In this document: positions 1-10,603 of the stretch, piece after piece | Position numbering within the stretch: the first letter of the stretch is position 1 | Layout of the letters: each line of letters begins with the position of its first letter | Source of the DNA: an uncultured Acidobacteriota bacterium | GTDB taxonomy: Bacteria; Acidobacteriota; Terriglobia; UBA7540 | Assembly: GCA_963803295.1 (NCBI GenBank) | Contig: CAWDMC010000017.1 | Coordinates: forward strand, 6,791 to 70,790 | DNA length: 64,000 bases | Direction: 5' to 3' | Translations under genes and position numbers: made by a program | The notes under the pieces: generated by a model | What the model was told of the DNA's origin: nothing | Databases searched by the model: none | What the model saw: only the letters and a program-made list of their open reading frames with translations

Positions 1-761
1 TACTTCTTGCGGGGAATCCATATTGGAACCGGCGGGTTGATCCTGTAGACTCGCGCGAAATTGTCCTGGTTGAGAGCCAGCCCGAGATGGCCGCGCGAGT
101 CGATGTAGAGAGCGGTCGGGCGTGGCAGCGGGAGTGTTGAGCTGGACGAGAGACTTCACATCCGGGCCCACCTGATTCCAGTCTTCGCCGCGCGCCAGAT
201 GGGCTGCCGCGGGCGAGAAGATGTCGCGTCCATGGAAAGTGGAGGAGATTGCCCTTGCCGATCATCCAGGCCTGATTGGTGATTTCGCGCGCACCCCTCG
301 ATGCCATCGCGGCCCTCCACCAGGGTTATCAGGCCATTATCAGGAAGCACAAAATATTGGCCACGCTTGGTTTTAACCACCACAGCTTTGCGCGCGCTGC
401 CTACTCCCGGATCGATCACGGTGAGGAAGATGGTTCCGGCCGGATAGTAGGGAGACGCGCCAAAAAGAAACCGGGCGCCGTTCAAAATGGAATAGGGGCG
501 CACCTGGTGGGTTAGATCCACAATGCGTATGCTCGCGTCGATACTGTAGATTACGCCCTTACAAATGGGCACGGCGTCATTGTCGGCGCCAAAATCGGTC
601 ATGAAAACGATAGTGGCTGGACCAGCGGGCGAGGAAGCCGCCAACCCCCCAAGGCCCGCGGCCAGGACGAGCATCGCCACGGTTGCGATCAGCCTTCGCC
701 GGCTGAATGCGCTCCAGGACTGCCTTACGGACCGAGTTTCAGGACCGTTGTTCATGGTCAA
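1..761 (-). pseudogene. SAM hydroxide adenosyltransferase family (DUF62) gene, exported type, disrupted; 3' end runs off the window
   Basis: ORF 156..761 has a TM/signal N-terminus and the DUF62 N-domain (IVFMTDFGADNDAVPICKGV, IDPGVGSARK). By my own translation, family blocks continue only after frame changes: AREITNQAWMIGKG, then ISSTFHGRDIFSPAAAHLARGEDWNQVGPDV, then LYIDSRGHLGLALNQDNFARVYRINPPVPIWIP (bases 1..115). The switch points sit at C4 294-297, C3 252-254 and G3 118-120. About 60 aa expected between the last two blocks appear to be missing. Confidence 0.6.
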
Positions 762-845
762 TTATCCTCGAATCAAAGACGATTGCGACGGTTGCGACCG
801 CAGTGCGCTTGTCCCCTTTCATCGATACCGACCGCGGCCCAGCTC

Positions 846-2036
846 TTATGAGCTGCAGAAGTCCCGGGCGCATTCCACCAGCGTTTCAGCGCATTTGACT
901 ACGTCGTCCAAGCGAACGTATTCCACTTTCGAGTGCAGCCCGGCGCCGCCTGGTCCGAAGAGTACGCTGGGGATTCCGGCCTCGCTCAGCAAGGCGGCAT
1001 CGGTCCAAAAGCTCTGAACTCCGAACGGCACATCCGGGCCGATCGCTCGCCTTGCCGATCGCAGCAGAGTCTGGGCGATCGCGCTGTCGCGCGGGGTCTC
1101 GAGCGCACTGGCCGTGTAGCCCAAGGAGTGCCGGGCGCGGAACCTCGAGTCCCGCGCGGCCAGCCTCGTGATGATTTCGCGCAACTCGTTATCCAGCGTG
1201 AGCACGTCTTCGTCCGGAATGAAGCGCCGTTCTAGGCTCAGGCGGCATTCAGCCGGATAGCTTGATAGCTCCTGACCGCCCGCGATCAGCGAGGCGTGAA
1301 TGGAACCGTGCCCCAGGAGCGGATGGCCAGGCGTTTTCGCGAGCCGCGAGTTCAGTCGCTCGATCTCGCCCAGCACGCGACCCATAAAAACGATCGCGTC
1401 GCAGCCCTCTTCCGGACGGCTCCCGTGGGCGGCACGCCCCTCGGTGTGGATCTCTGCCCAGCCGAATCCCTTATGCGCCGTCACCACCCTGAGAGCGGTG
1501 GGTTCGGTGACAATAGCTGCGTCGCAGCGTGGAAGCGTCCGCCTCTTCTCAAGATCCTCAAGAATCGCACGCGTTCCGGCGCTTTCTAGTTCCTCGTCTG
1601 CCACCGCAGCGACCATCAACGCGCCATTCGGCAGTCCCTCGCGAGCGAGCGTCTCGGCCGCCACCAGCATCGCGGCCACGCCGCCCTTCATGTCTTCGGC
1701 GCCGCGCCCATAAAGCAAGCCATTCTGGATTCGCGCCGAGAAAGGATCCTCCATGCCGGCGACGCCGACCGTGTCGAGATGGCCGTTGAACATGAGAGTC
1801 TTTCCCGGAGCCCGGCCCTGCAGCAGTCCGACGGTGTTGGCCCGTCCCGGACCAATCTCGATCACATTTGCTTTGAGCCCGGCACGGACGAGAAAGTCGG
1901 CAGCGTAGCGTGCAATTGCGGTTTCACCGCTTCCTCCCGGGACCAGGGTGGGATTAATGGACTCGATTCGAACCAGGTCGGCGACGACAGTTTCAACGCG
2001 ATCTCGGGTAATTGTAATCATGGAAGAACCGACCAC
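846..2036 (-). CDS. M20 family metallopeptidase (ArgE/DapE-type deacylase)
   Basis: 396-aa ORF with M20 blocks (MFNGHLDTVGV, LYGRGAEDMKGG, ADEELESAG, dimerisation-domain region). GTG start at 2036 is preceded by AGGAGG about 9 nt upstream. Confidence 0.85.
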   Translation of the reverse strand: MVGSSMITITRDRVETVVADLVRIESINPTLVPGGSGETAIARYAADFLVRAGLKANVIEIGPGRANTVGLLQGRAPGKTLMFNGHLDTVGVAGMEDPFSARIQNGLLYGRGAEDMKGGVAAMLVAAETLAREGLPNGALMVAAVADEELESAGTRAILEDLEKRRTLPRCDAAIVTEPTALRVVTAHKGFGWAEIHTEGRAAHGSRPEEGCDAIVFMGRVLGEIERLNSRLAKTPGHPLLGHGSIHASLIAGGQELSSYPAECRLSLERRFIPDEDVLTLDNELREIITRLAARDSRFRARHSLGYTASALETPRDSAIAQTLLRSARRAIGPDVPFGVQSFWTDAALLSEAGIPSVLFGPGGAGLHSKVEYVRLDDVVKCAETLVECARDFCSS

Positions 2037-2231
2037 CCCAGGGCCCCTCCTGACTAAGGAGTGAAATCTGCTGCCTTAACCAAGGAGGAACATCTGCTGG
2101 GCTCCGTGATCTTCAAGCAGGTTCAAGCGACTCCGGTCCTCAGAGATGAGGAGGGGGTCAGGGGGCGGTGCCTAATACGCACAGCCCGAACAAATCTACG
2201 GCGCTTGCATGACTTTTGTTCCTTTGGGTTG

Positions 2232-3410
2232 TCATTTCGCCTCACCCTCGGCAGAAACTGACACTTCACGAATGGACTTTACCGACTGCACCACCTGATT
2301 AATGACATAGTCCACTTCTTCTTCAGTGTTGAATCTGCCCAGGCCGAAGCGCAGCGGATTCGAAGCCAGCTCCTCTTCGAGTCCCAGCGCCTTCAGCACA
2401 TAGGATTGCTCGCGTTGGGCTGACTGGCAGGCCGATCCTGAAGACACGGCGATGCCTTCGAGCGCCATCAGCAAGGAATCGATTTCGACGCCCCGAATGC
2501 TGACGTTCAGGCTATGCGGCAGACGGTGTTCCATGCTGCCGTTGATGTGTAGTCCCGGAAGTTGAGTCACCAAGGCATCTTTCAGACGATCTCGCCAGGC
2601 TGAAAGGCGACGCGATTCCTCCGGCATCACCCGGCGACAGATCTCGCAGGCCTCGCCGAGGCCCACGATACCGGGAACATTCAAGGTGCCCGATCGCATA
2701 CCGTGCTCGTGGCCGCCGCCGTCAATCAAAGGTTCGATCTCGACTTTGGGATGACGGCTGCGCACGAAGAGTGCACCCGCACCCTTGGGTCCGTACATCT
2801 TGTGCGCTGTAATCGACATAAGGTCGATGTGCATGGTCTCGACATCAACGGGTACTTTGCCCACCGCCTGCACGGCGTCCGAATGAAAGAGGATGCCGCG
2901 CTCGTGGCACAGGCTCCCGATCTCGGCCATTGGCTGCAGCACTCCGATTTCATTGTTCGCGGCCATGATGCTGACGAGAATTGTGCGATCCGTCAGCGCC
3001 GATTGGAGGCGATTCAGATCGACGCAGCCATCCGGCTCAACCGGAAGCCAGGTGACGCGAAACCCCTCACGTTCCAGGCGGTGGCAGGAGTCGACCACCG
3101 CCTTGTGCTCCGTGGGCAGGGTGACGATGTGATCACCGTGAGCGCGATGTTTCCAGGCTGCGCCTTTGATGGCCAGGTTGTCCGATTCGGTCGCTCCCGA
3201 GGTAAAGACAATCTCCTCGGGACGGGCGTTGATCAATTGCGCCACCTGCCGCCGGGCCCGTTCCACCGCGGCTTTGGCTTCCCAGCCGTAACTATGATTG
3301 CTCGAGGAAGCGTTGCCGAATTTCTCCCGCAGATAAGGAAGCATGGCGTCGAGCACTTGCGGATCGACAGGGGTAGTGGCGTGATGGTCGACGTAGATGG
3401 GAAATTTCAT
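2232..3410 (-). CDS. iscS: cysteine desulfurase, IscS/NifS type (class V aminotransferase)
   Basis: MKFPIYVDHHATTPVDP N-terminus, PLP-lysine block SITAHKMYGPKGAGALF, catalytic-Cys loop SSGSACQS, IscS-like C-terminus RFGLGRFNTEEEVDY. Start placed at ATG 3410; the 38 upstream codons in the ORF track look non-coding. Confidence 0.85.
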   Translation of the reverse strand: MKFPIYVDHHATTPVDPQVLDAMLPYLREKFGNASSSNHSYGWEAKAAVERARRQVAQLINARPEEIVFTSGATESDNLAIKGAAWKHRAHGDHIVTLPTEHKAVVDSCHRLEREGFRVTWLPVEPDGCVDLNRLQSALTDRTILVSIMAANNEIGVLQPMAEIGSLCHERGILFHSDAVQAVGKVPVDVETMHIDLMSITAHKMYGPKGAGALFVRSRHPKVEIEPLIDGGGHEHGMRSGTLNVPGIVGLGEACEICRRVMPEESRRLSAWRDRLKDALVTQLPGLHINGSMEHRLPHSLNVSIRGVEIDSLLMALEGIAVSSGSACQSAQREQSYVLKALGLEEELASNPLRFGLGRFNTEEEVDYVINQVVQSVKSIREVSVSAEGEAK

Positions 3411-3444
3411 GATGTCTCCTTCAATTCGCTGCAGATCTGTTTGT

Positions 3445-4005
3445 CTACGCCGATCGCGCCAGCCGATACAGCACATGGCGGCGCAGGGGATTACCCTCTG
3501 GCAGCTTCGGATGGTCGAAATCATCCACCGGATTGTGGCTCATGCCGATCTTCTCCATCACCCGCCGCGACCTCAGGTTGGCGGGCACCGTGAACGAAAC
3601 CAGTTCGTCCAGGAGCAAGGTTTCGAAGGCATATCGCACGACTGCCCGGGCTCCTTCTGTCGCGAGCCCTTTACCCCAATTGTCGGCCGCGAGTCTCCAT
3701 CCGATCTCGACACAAGGTGTGAAGTGCGATTCGAACGCAGGGACCGCCAATCCTATAAAGCCGATGAAGACGCCTTGCCCACGAGACTCAGCCGCAAACA
3801 AGCCGAACCCATGTCGGCGACAGTGATCTTGAATGCGATCCACCAACCGGTCGCTTTCGTCGCGGGCGAGGCAGGTCGGCATGAATTCCATTACCAAGGG
3901 ATCAGCGTTCATTCGCGCGAACGGCTCCCGGTCAGACTCCCGCCAGGGCCGCAGAGTAAGCCGCTCGGTCTCGATTCCGTCTTGATTCTCGACCGGGTGC
4001 TGCAC
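3445..4005 (-). CDS. GNAT family N-acetyltransferase (RimJ/RimL-like)
   Basis: 186-aa ORF with LTLRPWRESDREPFARMNADPLVMEFM and the acetyl-CoA region WRLAADNWGKGLATEGARAVVRYAF. Confidence 0.8.
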   Translation of the reverse strand: MQHPVENQDGIETERLTLRPWRESDREPFARMNADPLVMEFMPTCLARDESDRLVDRIQDHCRRHGFGLFAAESRGQGVFIGFIGLAVPAFESHFTPCVEIGWRLAADNWGKGLATEGARAVVRYAFETLLLDELVSFTVPANLRSRRVMEKIGMSHNPVDDFDHPKLPEGNPLRRHVLYRLARSA

Positions 4006-4151
4006 AAATAGATGCTATCGCGATCGGGGACCGCGATCCAGAGCGAGTGTCAGGAGTGGCGGACCATCGACACAGAAGAGCTACGCTTTTGCCCGCGAAT
4101 TTCATAAGATATTCGCCGATACCCTTCGCAGAACGCGCGAATCGGGGGAGA

Positions 4152-6624
4152 ATGCGCCGGATGGCAAATTCCGGCCGTGAGAGGCCGTTGGTGTCGACCA
4201 TGCCCGTCCATACTGAATCTGCCCCGTCCAAAAATAGTTCGTATGCCCAGAGCCTCACTCGTGTTTGGCTGATCTTGGTTGTTGTCGCCGCTGTCATCGC
4301 GCTGGGTATCGCGATCTGGTTTAGTTGGCGTCTTCGAGCCGGATTGCCGCAGCTCCATGGCAGCATCCGCGTGCCGGGGCTCCGTGCCCAGGTGGAAGTG
4401 CGCCGCGACGCACGCGGAGTGCCTCACCTTCGCGCCCAGTCGCTCGAAGACGTGATCTTCGCGCAGGCTTATGTTACCGCCGAGGACCGCCTTTGGCAGA
4501 TGGATTTGAGCCGGCGGCTGGCCTTCGGTGAGCTTTCTGAAATCTTCGGGTCCAGCCAGTTCGAGCGAGACAAGGAGCACCGCACACTCGGTTTTCGCCA
4601 AGCTGCCCGGCGTGCGGTTGAAGAGCTGACGCCTGATCAGCGCCAGTTACTCGCTGCCTATGCCCTCGGCGTCAATGCCTACATCAGCTCGCACCGGCGG
4701 CGGTTGCCGGTCGAGTTTGCAGTGCTGGCCTACGAGCCGCGCCCATGGACCGAGGCGGATTGCGTGGCCGTTGAGCTGAACATGATGAAAACGCTGAATG
4801 AGACCTGGCAAATGGACTTGATGCGCGAGCACATTCTGGCTGCCGTGGGTCCCGGGCTCTACGCTGATCTGTTTCCCGATCGTGACCCGCTCGATTATCC
4901 AGTGGCAGAACCGTTCGGAATCAAGGGTGAGCAAACGGGGGCTGCGGATCCGGCGTCTAAGGCTTCATCAACGACCGGAAACGCACCGCGCACAACGGGC
5001 ACCTTACTTGGCGCTTTGGATTCCTTTGAACCGAAAATGGCGTTGGGCAGCAACAACTGGGTGGTCAGCGGAGCGCACACCCGATCGGGCAAGCCTCTGC
5101 TAGCGAACGATCCCCACCTCGGGTACGGCATTCCGAGCGTCTGGTACATGATCCACCTGGAAGCGCCAGGCCTGGACGTTTCGGGTGTAAGCCTTCCTGG
5201 CGCGCCCGCCGTGATTATTGGACACAACCAAAGGATCGCCTGGGGATTCACCAACACCGGACCCGACGTGCAGGACCTGTATCTCGAAACATTCGATCCC
5301 ACGCACCCGAACGAGTACAAAGTGAATGGCCAGTGGGTGGCGGCCGAAGTGCGTCAGGAGACAATCAAAGTGCGTGGCGGCGCAGACCGCCGGCTGACGG
5401 TGCGAGCCACCCGCCATGGGCCCGTGGTCGCTTCCGAGCGTGGGTATTCCCTGGCGCTCCAATGGACGGCACTGCAGCCGCACGCCCTTACTTTCCCTAT
5501 CCTAGCCATCGACGAAGCGCAGAACTGGCAGGAATTTACGGCTGCGATTCGGGGTTTCACGGGTCCCGAGCAGAACATGGTGTACGCCGACGTGGACGGC
5601 AACATCGGCTACTACGCGCCGGGATTGGTGCCAATCCGAAGGCAGGGCGACGGTTCAGTGTCGGTTCCGGGTGACACCGATGACTGTCGCGTGGACAGGA
5701 TATGTTCCCTTCGAGGGGTTGCCCCATGCTTACAATCCGCCGGGCGGGATCATCGCTACTGCCAATAGCCGGGTAGTGCCGGACGGCTACCCTTACTTCT
5801 TTACTCATGAATGGGCGCCGGCATGGCGCACGGCACGAATTTTCCAGTTGCTCCGACGCGGGCGAGACTTTGGCGTCTCGGATATGCTCCGCATTCAGAT
5901 GGACATTCATTCGCTCGAAGACGAATGGCTGTCCGGGCAACTAATTGTAGCCGCCAACCGCCATCCTCCCGCGAGCGCCGATGCCCGAATCGCGCTCGAT
6001 CTGCTTCGTGAATGGGATGGTGAGGCACGTGCCGATTCGCCTGCGACGCTTATCGCCGAGGTGACACGACGTACACTGGTCCGGCGTCTGGTCGAGCCGA
6101 AACTCGGCAGCCTCGCCGCAGAGTACAAGTGGCCGCTGGACATAGCTTTTGTCGAGAACGTCTTCAACAAGAAGCTTACCCGCTGGCTGCCGGCAGGCGA
6201 TAGCGATTTCGACGTCACCTTGGTGAAGAGCCTCGAAGAGAGCGTCAGCCAACGTCGGGAAACCTCCGGATCAAAAGACGGGGGGTGGGGCGAAAAGACG
6301 TCGTTGACCTTCCATCACCCTCTCGGTGGCTTACCCTTGCTCGGTCGCTTGTTTGATGTTGGCCCGTTCCCCCAATCCGGTACGGCCACGACCGTGAAGG
6401 CGACGACGAAGAACCACGGCCCTTCCATGCGGATGGTGGTCGATCTGGCGGACCTCGATGGTTCCGTCAACAACATCACCTTAGGCGAATCCGGCCAGGT
6501 GAGAAGTCCGTATTACCAGGACCAGTTCGAGGCGTGGCACAGCGGCAGAAGCTTCCCGATGCTTTTTAGCGATTCCGCGGTTGAAAAGGGAACAATCCAC
6601 CTGCTGACGCTCTCACCTGAGTAG
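4152..6624 (+). CDS. penicillin acylase family (S45 Ntn-hydrolase, acyl-homoserine-lactone acylase-like), single frame break near 5684-5692
   Basis: Two ORFs (4047..5768 and 5671..6624) together cover one S45 acylase. There is an N-terminal TM anchor, the nucleophile block LGSNNWVVSGAHTRSGKPLLANDPHL, and the block ...VPIRRQGDGSVSVPGDTDD continues in the next frame as AWTGYVPFEGLPHAYNPPGGIIATAN. Start is uncertain (ATG 4152, 4161 or 4200). Confidence 0.85.
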
Positions 6625-6708
6625 GAGGGCGGAGTTAAAACCCGGCTAAACCAGGTCAAACCCCGTCCTGACTGCCGGTGAGAGATGCGAGGCAGCGTGA
6701 GGCGATCT

Positions 6709-7251
6709 TCAGTGCGCGAGATATCCCGTGGTGCCGACCGCTAAGCCGGCGAGGGCGATCGCCATTCCCAATATCCAAAAGGCCTTTCTCTTGGTGATCA
6801 GGGCCATAGAGGTGATGACTAGGGCGGCTTCGAGCACCACCTCGCCCAGGTCGAAGCGGTTGGCCTTGCGCTGTGAGCGGCCCACCTCGGCCTCAAGATC
6901 CTGCGCCTGCTCCTTGATCTTGTCCTGATCCTTTAGATAACGCTCTGCCTGCGCGGTATATTTCTGCTTTAGCTTGCCGGCCTGAGCTTGGTCCTTGGCA
7001 TCGACCGTCGAAACCAGGTCTGCGAACAACTCAAAATTGTGCCGGCGGATACTTTTAGCCTGATACTCCGCCCAGGCGTCGGAAGCTTTGCTCTGCATCA
7101 GCAATTCCTCCGTGTGGGCCCGGTGACCGAGCAGCGATACGGCCGCGACCAGCACGGCTAGGATCGCCATGGTCACCGTCACCGGCGTCAGGTCCGGATG
7201 ATGATGGGCTTCTTCGGCATGCTCGTGCATTTCGTGAATCTCTTCGCTCAC
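6709..7251 (-). CDS. DUF4337 domain-containing membrane protein
   Basis: His/Glu-rich N-terminus, TM helix, SDAWAEYQAKSIRRHNFE block, coiled-coil middle and C-terminal TM pair. This layout is typical of DUF4337. Confidence 0.75.
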   Translation of the reverse strand: MSEEIHEMHEHAEEAHHHPDLTPVTVTMAILAVLVAAVSLLGHRAHTEELLMQSKASDAWAEYQAKSIRRHNFELFADLVSTVDAKDQAQAGKLKQKYTAQAERYLKDQDKIKEQAQDLEAEVGRSQRKANRFDLGEVVLEAALVITSMALITKRKAFWILGMAIALAGLAVGTTGYLAH

Positions 7252-7431
7252 GACTTCCCTCCCTGATCGATCGGTGCTCGAATTCGCGATTATAACCTCG
7301 GATCGTATAAACTACTGCTTGGTCCCATCAACGAAACTCAGGGTCAAACCGATTCCTCACTCGCCCTGCCGCTCGTTGAAGCATCCCTCCATCTTGGACG
7401 ACCCGGGAAGTACGTGCTTGGGTGGGAATTT

Positions 7432-8436
7432 ATGGCACTGCGATTTGCAACCCGCGTCTGTTTTCTCAGCAGCCTGCTGAAAAACGACGCATTGCCGACC
7501 TTCAAGTCGGCACGTGCAAGGCTGAAGCCCGGCGTCACGATACTTCTAGCGGGGCTTCTGGCATTGCCCGGGTTGGCCTCTGCCTCGCGCCTTGTCACCG
7601 ACGAAACCGGACGGCAGGTTCGCTTGCCCGACCATCCCGTGCGCTTGGTTTCGCTTGCGCCGAGTGTCACTGAGACGCTGTACGCTCTGGGTCTCGACCA
7701 GGAGATCGTGGGTGATACGGATTACTGCGATTATCCGCCTGCGGCCAAGCTTAAACCACATGTGGGCTCGCTACTGAACCCGAATCTCGAAAAGATCGTG
7801 GCCCTCAAGCCCGATCTCGTTTTGGGGACGCCCGAGGCCAACCGCATCGAGACGGTCAAGCAACTTGATCTGCTGGGAATTCCACTCTATGGGACAAAGG
7901 CCGACAGCTTTGAGACGATATTCCGAATGATCGAGGACCTCGGCAAGGTGCTTGATCAGCCGGCTGCTGCGAAGTTGCTAGAAGCGCAGCTCGAGCGCCG
8001 AACCAGTGCGGTGGAAGCCCGAGTCCGGGGGCTTGCCCGGCCCAAAGTGCTGTTTGTGGTGCAGTACCAGCCCTTGATTACAGTGGGACCGCGTACCTTT
8101 GTAGCCGATCTCATCCGGCGGGCGGGCGGCACCCTGGTCTCCGGTGGGTCGATGGGAGATTGGCCGAACCTGAGTCTCGAAACGGTGGTAGCGCACGACC
8201 CTGATGTGATCCTGATCCCCGGCAGCGCCGCTTTTACTCCGCCTCTCGCCGTGTTAGGTAAAATGGCCGGATGGCGCGATCTCCGGGCAGTGAGAAACAG
8301 CCGGGTCTACGTTGTTGAGGAGGCAATTGTCCATCCGAGTCCGCGCCTGGTGGATGCCCTCGAGCAGACTGCAGCCATCTTGCACCCCGGGGCGGCTGCG
8401 AGCCAGGATTTGAATCGGCCAGGGGGCTGGCGGTGA
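7432..8436 (+). CDS. ABC transporter substrate-binding protein, BtuF/TroA-like (cobalamin or iron-chelate type)
   Basis: VSLAPSVTETLYALGLDQEIVGDTDYCDYP, KPDLVLG and DPDVILIP blocks. Signal-like N-terminus starts at ATG 7432. Confidence 0.85.
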   Translation: MALRFATRVCFLSSLLKNDALPTFKSARARLKPGVTILLAGLLALPGLASASRLVTDETGRQVRLPDHPVRLVSLAPSVTETLYALGLDQEIVGDTDYCDYPPAAKLKPHVGSLLNPNLEKIVALKPDLVLGTPEANRIETVKQLDLLGIPLYGTKADSFETIFRMIEDLGKVLDQPAAAKLLEAQLERRTSAVEARVRGLARPKVLFVVQYQPLITVGPRTFVADLIRRAGGTLVSGGSMGDWPNLSLETVVAHDPDVILIPGSAAFTPPLAVLGKMAGWRDLRAVRNSRVYVVEEAIVHPSPRLVDALEQTAAILHPGAAASQDLNRPGGWR

Positions 8437-9434
8437 CTCTGGCTCCGACACGGCGCAACGTGCTCGTGCTGCTTCTGCTGATGACGGCCGCGCTCGCGCT
8501 GGTGTGTCTGGCAGCGCTAACAGTAGGAGCCGTCCACCTCTCGCTGGCCGAGGTCTGGAAGGCGCTGCGCGGAATCTCCACCGATTCTGAGGGCACGCTA
8601 ATCGTACGCCAGATTCGTCTGCCTCGTATCCTCTTGGCGGCGCTCGTGGGTGCGTCACTGGCGCTCTCGGGAACGGCTTTGCAGGCGCTGTTGAGAAATC
8701 CGTTGGCGGACCCTTACGTACTTGGTGTTTCGAGCGGCGCTGCCCTGGGCGATATCATGGCCTTGTACATTGGCGGTCGAATTGCCGAAGCGGCTCCAGC
8801 AGCGGCCTTCGCTGGCGCGCTAGCGACCATGGTGTGGGTCTACTTGCTGGGACGGCGCGGCGGCCGATTGGCCAGCTACACGCTGGTGCTGGCCGGAGTG
8901 GTTACCGCATCGTTTCTCTCAGCCGTGATTCTCTTTGTGCTGACGCGGCTTTCGTCCCGCGATGTGCGCGGCGTCGCTTTCTGGCTGATGGGCGATCTGA
9001 GCACGGCCACCGGAGCGCGTCTGGGCGTTCTGGCCCCGGTGATCGTGGCGGCGGCTCTGGCGCTTTACTGGCTGTCGCCGGACCTCAATGTCCTGCTGCT
9101 CGGTGAGGTCGAGGCGTCCCACTTAGGCGTTGATGTCGCGCGTATTGAGACAGGAGTGTATGTTCTGGCCTCGCTGCTCACTGGTTTGGCCGTTTCAGTA
9201 AGCGGTGCGATTGGCTTTCTCGGCCTAATGGTTCCGCATCTGGGCCGCATGCTCGTGGGCAACGATCATCGCACGCTCCTCCCAACCGCTGCTCTGGGTG
9301 GCGCCATTGTCCTCGTGCTTTCGGATACGCTGGCGCGGACGGTGGTGGCTCCCGCGGAGCTTCCGGTCGGAGCCGTGACTGCAGTTGCGGGTGCACCCGT
9401 GTTCATTTACTTGTTGCGGCGCTCGGCGGGATGA
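8433..9434 (+). CDS. FecCD/BtuC family ABC transporter permease
   Basis: 333-aa polytopic membrane ORF (LRLPRILLAALVGASLALSGTALQALLRNPLADPYVLGVSSGA). Its GTG start overlaps the upstream stop by 4 nt. Confidence 0.9.
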   Translation: MTLAPTRRNVLVLLLLMTAALALVCLAALTVGAVHLSLAEVWKALRGISTDSEGTLIVRQIRLPRILLAALVGASLALSGTALQALLRNPLADPYVLGVSSGAALGDIMALYIGGRIAEAAPAAAFAGALATMVWVYLLGRRGGRLASYTLVLAGVVTASFLSAVILFVLTRLSSRDVRGVAFWLMGDLSTATGARLGVLAPVIVAAALALYWLSPDLNVLLLGEVEASHLGVDVARIETGVYVLASLLTGLAVSVSGAIGFLGLMVPHLGRMLVGNDHRTLLPTAALGGAIVLVLSDTLARTVVAPAELPVGAVTAVAGAPVFIYLLRRSAG

Positions 9435-9504
9435 GCCCGGACCTCCGGCATATCGCCTTTTGGCAACGCACTGGAAGCCCAAGACCGATCGTCGTGAACC
9501 AACG

Positions 9505-10311
9505 ATGGAAAGCTCTTCCACTAATACCCGCAAACAAAACGCCTCCCTACAAGTGGCCGGAATCACATTCCGCTACGGGCATTTTGACCTCGCTCCCTTG
9601 AGCTTCGAGGCGGCGCCGGGCGAACTGGTGGTGGTGATTGGACCAAACGGGGCAGGGAAATCGACCCTGCTTGAAATCGTGAGCGGCTACCGCAAGCCTA
9701 AGGCAGGACGGGCCGTTTTGGACGGCGAAGACCTTGCTTCGATGCCGGTTCGCCGCCGGGCTCAGCGCGTGGGACTGGCGCGCCAGGATGCGCCACTGCT
9801 ATTCTCGTTCACAGTGAGGGAATTCGTACGGCAAGGCCGCCACGCACATCTAGGCCATCGCCTGTTTGAATCGGCCGACGACGAACGCTGGGTGGAACGG
9901 GCGATTGCCGACACGCGGCTGGATCACTTGGCGGCGCGGCGCATTACCGAGATAAGCGGTGGCGAGTTCCAGCGCGCGGTCCTGGCGCGGACGCTCGCAC
10001 AACGGCCCCGGCTGGTGTTGCTTGACGAACCCACCGCGAATCTCGATATCGGCTATCAGATTGAGATGCTACGGCTGTTGCGTCAACTAGCGGCTGCAGA
10101 GCACTTTGCGGCTGTAATTGTAACGCATGAGTTGAACCTGGCTTCAGAGCTTTCGGATTGGCTGATCCTGCTCGAATGCGGCCGGTGCCTGTGCCAGGGT
10201 CAGCCGGAAGATGTGCTGAAGCCGGAGTTGTTGAGCCGCGTCTTCCGGACCAGCGTTGAAGTTGACCGGAATCCGCGAACCGGACGACCAAGAGTAACGT
10301 GGGCAGGATGA
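9505..10311 (+). CDS. ABC transporter ATP-binding protein (FecE/BtuD-like)
   Basis: Walker A GPNGAGKST, signature SGGEFQR, Walker B LVLLDEPTANLD. Start placed at ATG 9505; the upstream part of the ORF overlaps the permease and looks non-coding. Confidence 0.9.
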   Translation: MESSSTNTRKQNASLQVAGITFRYGHFDLAPLSFEAAPGELVVVIGPNGAGKSTLLEIVSGYRKPKAGRAVLDGEDLASMPVRRRAQRVGLARQDAPLLFSFTVREFVRQGRHAHLGHRLFESADDERWVERAIADTRLDHLAARRITEISGGEFQRAVLARTLAQRPRLVLLDEPTANLDIGYQIEMLRLLRQLAAAEHFAAVIVTHELNLASELSDWLILLECGRCLCQGQPEDVLKPELLSRVFRTSVEVDRNPRTGRPRVTWAG

Positions 10312-10346
10312 GTTAAAGAAAAGGTTGAAGTTGCGACCTTCGCTTT

Positions 10347-10370
10347 AGCGCCGGTGTCCTCACCGGCGCT
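10347..10370 (+). terminator. perfect 10-bp stem / 4-nt loop hairpin downstream of the ABC operon
   Basis: agcgccggtg-tcct-caccggcgct, 36 nt after the stop at 10311. No U-tract follows, so its function as an intrinsic terminator is uncertain. Confidence 0.35.
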
Positions 10371-10603
10371 GAGGACAACGTAGCTCAGGATTGAGCGTTC
10401 CGATGATTTGTCACGTTTCGGCGTACGGTGCAGAGATGGATGCTACTGTACAATATCAGGCACCTGCAGCATCACACTGGCCAGTTGATCGATCGGCTAA
10501 GAAATGTGGAGAATATCGGGATCGCTTGGGTGCGTGCCGGCGGTTAGATGTTGCTTCAAGGGAATTTCGACTCTATATCTTTGGCCTATGAGCTTGGACT
10601 CCT

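Noticed and set aside
7252-7431. Possible cobalamin riboswitch upstream of the BtuF-like ABC importer
   Set aside because: The context is suggestive, and there are faint resemblances (ggtgc at 7273, gacccgggaagtacgtgc versus the B12 box, ggtgggaa). However, the B12-box match needs several indels and the elements are in the wrong order relative to the E. coli btuB leader. Only cmsearch with RF00174 could rescue it.
7433-7449. TGGCAC...TTGCA sigma-54-like motif
   Set aside because: The GG-to-GC spacing is 11 nt rather than 10, and the motif lies inside the first codons of the substrate-binding protein gene (MALRFA).
10381-10397. tRNA-like D-arm sequence TAGCTCAGGATTGAGCG
   Set aside because: No anticodon arm, T-arm (GTTCRANYC) or acceptor pairing can be drawn around it, so it is not a tRNA gene.
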